Source: Escherichia coli (lineage in GTDB: Bacteria; Pseudomonadota; Gammaproteobacteria; Enterobacterales; Enterobacteriaceae). Taken from it: 1,014 bases of DNA. Shown piece by piece: positions 1 through 1,014 of this stretch. Both the position numbers and the translations under genes were made by a program. The stretch's first letter is position 1; each line of letters opens with the position of its first letter. The notes beneath the pieces were generated by a model that saw nothing but the letters and a program-made list of their open reading frames with translations, searched no databases and was not told where the DNA came from. The stretch lies in the NCBI RefSeq assembly GCF_003334765.1, contig NZ_QOWT01000090.1; one strand, written 5' to 3'.

Positions 1-136
1 CAGCATCCTGCAGTGGCGCAATATACTCACTGAATTCCTGGATGTAGAACTGTGTGGTGACGGTCTTCCAGCCATTCGGCTCCTGCTGTATCGAAGCATA
101 CCAGGCTATTTCAATATCGCTATGCTGCGGCAGCAT
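1..136 (-). CDS. Partial CDS (start codon at 136-134, continues past window position 1): tail-fibre-assembly (Tfa)-like protein, N-terminal 45 codons
   Basis: Minus-strand translation from ATG (complement of 134-136) is MLPQHSDIEIAWYASIQQEPNGWKTVTTQFYIQEFSEYIAPLQDA, open to the window edge. An in-frame TAA (complement of 137-139) lies directly upstream, so the ORF cannot start earlier. A Shine-Dalgarno-like AAGGGG (complement of 141-146) sits 4 nt before the ATG. The segment EYIAPLQDA resembles the conserved ..EHIAPLQDA.. stretch of lambda-type Tfa proteins as I recall them. Unverified by search; only 45 codons are visible. Confidence 0.5.
   Translation of the reverse strand, partial: MLPQHSDIEIAWYASIQQEPNGWKTVTTQFYIQEFSEYIAPLQDA
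123..132. repeat. Left copy of 10-bp exact direct repeat TGCTGCGGCA, lying inside the first codons of the minus-strand Tfa-like gene
   Basis: Plus-strand 123-132 tgctgcggca is identical to 894-903. With one 3-nt indel (GCA unit) the match extends to 123-136 versus 894-904, which includes the start codon on the minus strand. Confidence 0.6.
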
Positions 137-192
137 TTAACCCCTTGTAATTCATCGCCATAATTGATTTAATTCACAAATAAAACTATAAC
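137..192. promoter_or_regulatory. AT-rich divergent intergenic region between the minus-strand Tfa-like gene and the plus-strand methyltransferase; candidate sigma70-type promoter for the methyltransferase
   Basis: 56 bp at about 27% GC (15/56, hand count) between two divergent start codons. Best plus-strand candidate: -35 TTGATT (164-169), 17-bp spacer, -10 TATAAC (187-192). A weaker alternative is -35 TTGTAA (145-150) with -10 TTTAAT (168-173). Hexamer matches in AT-rich DNA are weak evidence. Confidence 0.3.
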
Positions 193-861
193 ATGGTGAA
201 ATTAATGAAAAAAAACACAGATGATGGGGCTAAAATTTACACACCACTTACCCTAAAGCTTTATGACTGGTGGGTTTTGGGAGTATCAAATCGGCTTGCA
301 TGGGGATGTCCTACAAAGGAACACCTTCTTCCACACTTTCTGGAACATTTAGGTAACAACCATCTGGATATTGGTGTTGGAACTGGGTTTTACCTTACTC
401 ACGTACCTGAGAGTAGTCTGATATCTTTAATGGATTTGAACGAAGCTAGCCTGAACGCGGCATCTACAAGGGCTGGGGAATCAAAAATTAAACATAAAAT
501 TAGCCATGATGTTTTTGAACCTTATCCCGCGGCGTTACATGGTCAATTTGATTCCATTTCCATGTTTTACCTTCTTCACTGCCTGCCTGGAAATATATCT
601 ACAAAAAGCTGTGTAATACGCAATGCGGCGCAGGCCTTAACTGACGATGGAACTCTATACGGAGCCACAATTCTTGGCGATGGAGTTGTGCACAATAGCT
701 TCGGTCAAAAACTGATGCGCATTTACAATCAGAAAGGCATCTTTTCAAACACAAAAGATTCCGAAGAAGGCTTAACACATATACTCTCAGAGCATTTCGA
801 GAATGTTAAAACCAAGGTTCAAGGTACTGTAGTAATGTTTTCCGCTTCAGGGAAAAAATAG
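193..861 (+). CDS. Class I SAM-dependent methyltransferase (Rossmann fold), substrate unknown; alternative start at 205 gives 218 aa
   Basis: Single long ORF in the provided track (222 aa, stop TAG 859-861). Residue numbers count from Met at 193. Motif I LDIGVGTG at aa 58-65 (nt 364-387). Acidic post-I residue D81 in SLMDLNE. Motif II GQFDSISMFYLL at aa 117-128 (nt 541-576). Motif III-like LTDDGTLYGATIL at aa 149-161. N-terminal aromatic segment YDWWVLGVSNRLAW precedes motif I. No DPPY/NPPY or PC/ENV motifs. Confidence 0.85.
   Translation: MVKLMKKNTDDGAKIYTPLTLKLYDWWVLGVSNRLAWGCPTKEHLLPHFLEHLGNNHLDIGVGTGFYLTHVPESSLISLMDLNEASLNAASTRAGESKIKHKISHDVFEPYPAALHGQFDSISMFYLLHCLPGNISTKSCVIRNAAQALTDDGTLYGATILGDGVVHNSFGQKLMRIYNQKGIFSNTKDSEEGLTHILSEHFENVKTKVQGTVVMFSASGKK
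195..199 (+). promoter_or_regulatory. Shine-Dalgarno-like GGTGA serving the internal in-frame ATG at 205
   Basis: GGTGA matches the GGUGA portion of the extended anti-SD complement and lies 5 nt before ATG 205-207. No SD-like sequence precedes ATG 193-195 (upstream is caaataaaactataac). Confidence 0.35.
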
Positions 862-868
862 CATCCAA

Positions 869-901
869 CCGCAGCACGTTCTTGCTTAAGACGTGCTGCG
901 G
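869..901. terminator. Perfect 11-bp inverted repeat (stem 869-879 / 891-901, 11-nt loop 880-890) between convergent genes; candidate terminator, better oriented for the minus strand
   Basis: ccgcagcacgt (869-879) is the exact reverse complement of acgtgctgcgg (891-901), 8 of 11 pairs G:C. On the plus strand no T-tract follows (cataatccc). On the minus strand the stem is followed by ttggatgc then tattttt (complement of 853-868), a T-tract displaced by 8 nt. Non-canonical in both directions. Confidence 0.4.
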
Positions 902-903
902 CA
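894..903. repeat. Right copy of 10-bp exact direct repeat TGCTGCGGCA, overlapping the right arm of the hairpin and lying just beyond the stop of the minus-strand Tfa gene
   Basis: Plus-strand 894-903 tgctgcggca is identical to 123-132. On the minus strand it reads ATG CCG CAG CA (complement of 894-904), against ATG CTG CCG CAG CA at the left-hand gene start. Confidence 0.6.
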
Positions 904-915
904 TAATCCCAATGA

Positions 916-1014
916 TTACTCCCTGACAGGGTTCGTAGGCCACTCAATATCAGGTGCAGTTGATGTATCAACACGGTTCAGCAACACCCGATACTTTTTC
1001 CAGGCTTCCAGCAA
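916..1014 (-). CDS. Partial CDS (C-terminal 32 codons plus stop; N-terminus lies beyond window position 1014): tail fibre assembly protein (Tfa) family
   Basis: Minus-strand translation entering at 1014 is [32 protein letters not shown], ending at TAA (complement of 916-918). This closely matches the C-terminus of phage lambda-type Tfa proteins as I recall it (..[33 protein letters not shown]). Recalled from memory, not searched. Confidence 0.65.
   Translation of the reverse strand: MLEAWKKYRVLLNRVDTSTAPDIEWPTNPVRE

Noticed and set aside
159-173. Short similarity between upstream cataattgatt (159-169) and downstream cataat...aatgatt (902-917) as additional flanking repeats
   Set aside because: Only 5-7-mer matches in AT-rich sequence, with different spacing; within chance expectation.
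208-214. A7 homopolymer directly after ATG 205 (and A6 at 853-858 before the stop) as a slipped-strand phase-variation tract
   Set aside because: Seven A's encoding Lys-Lys is common in AT-rich genes and shorter than tracts that usually give appreciable switching; no evidence of length variation is available.
193-861. Methyltransferase as the modification half of a restriction-modification or other DNA-targeting defence system
   Set aside because: No DPPY/NPPY (N6A/N4C) or PC/ENV (C5) catalytic motifs, size and motif order are typical of small-molecule class I enzymes, and no endonuclease-like ORF fits in the window. Wider context could still change this.
8-890. Hexameric palindromes (CTGCAG 8-13, GAATTC 33-38, GCTAGC 445-450, CCGCGG 527-532, CTTAAG 885-890)
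   Set aside because: Isolated 6-bp palindromes occur at roughly this frequency by chance and show no arrangement suggesting operator or recombination sites.
869-901. Hairpin as a Gin/Cin/Pin-type invertase crossover site of an invertible tail-fibre segment
   Set aside because: The sequence does not resemble the crossover-site consensus as I recall it, and the two Tfa-type genes are in the same orientation rather than the convergent arrangement of invertible segments. An invertase gene outside the window cannot be excluded.
806-904. Minus-strand 32-codon ORF (MPQHVLSKNVLRLDAIFSLKRKTLLQYLEPWF) starting at the duplicated ATG and running antisense into the methyltransferase 3' end
   Set aside because: Its start is simply the duplicated junction sequence; the rest is antisense to a well-supported CDS, crosses the hairpin, and has no recognisable domain. 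Most likely a by-product of the insertion, not a gene.
1-1014. CRISPR array, tRNA/rRNA genes, IS element or transposase
   Set aside because: No spaced direct repeats, no cloverleaf-like structures, no terminal inverted repeats flanking a transposase-like ORF; the only repeat pair is the 10-bp direct repeat reported above.

Overview
This window holds one complete gene and two partial edge genes. The complete gene is a plus-strand ORF (193..861, 222 aa) carrying the four motifs of a class I (Rossmann-fold) SAM-dependent methyltransferase. It lacks DNA-methyltransferase signatures, so it is more likely a small-molecule or protein methyltransferase than part of a restriction-modification system. 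Both flanks read on the minus strand and look like tail-fibre-assembly (Tfa) genes of a tailed prophage: a C-terminal fragment ending at 916 and a short gene starting at 136. The methyltransferase is about 10 GC points poorer than the flanks by hand count. It is bounded by a 10-bp exact direct repeat (123-132 and 894-903) that duplicates the start of the left-hand Tfa-like gene just after the stop of the right-hand one. A perfect 11-bp hairpin (869..901) sits between the convergent genes. My reading is a horizontally acquired cargo ('moron') cassette inserted into a prophage tail-fibre module. All homology statements come from reading the translation and from memory of the Tfa family; no database search was run. 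No CRISPR, tRNA, rRNA or transposase signatures were seen.
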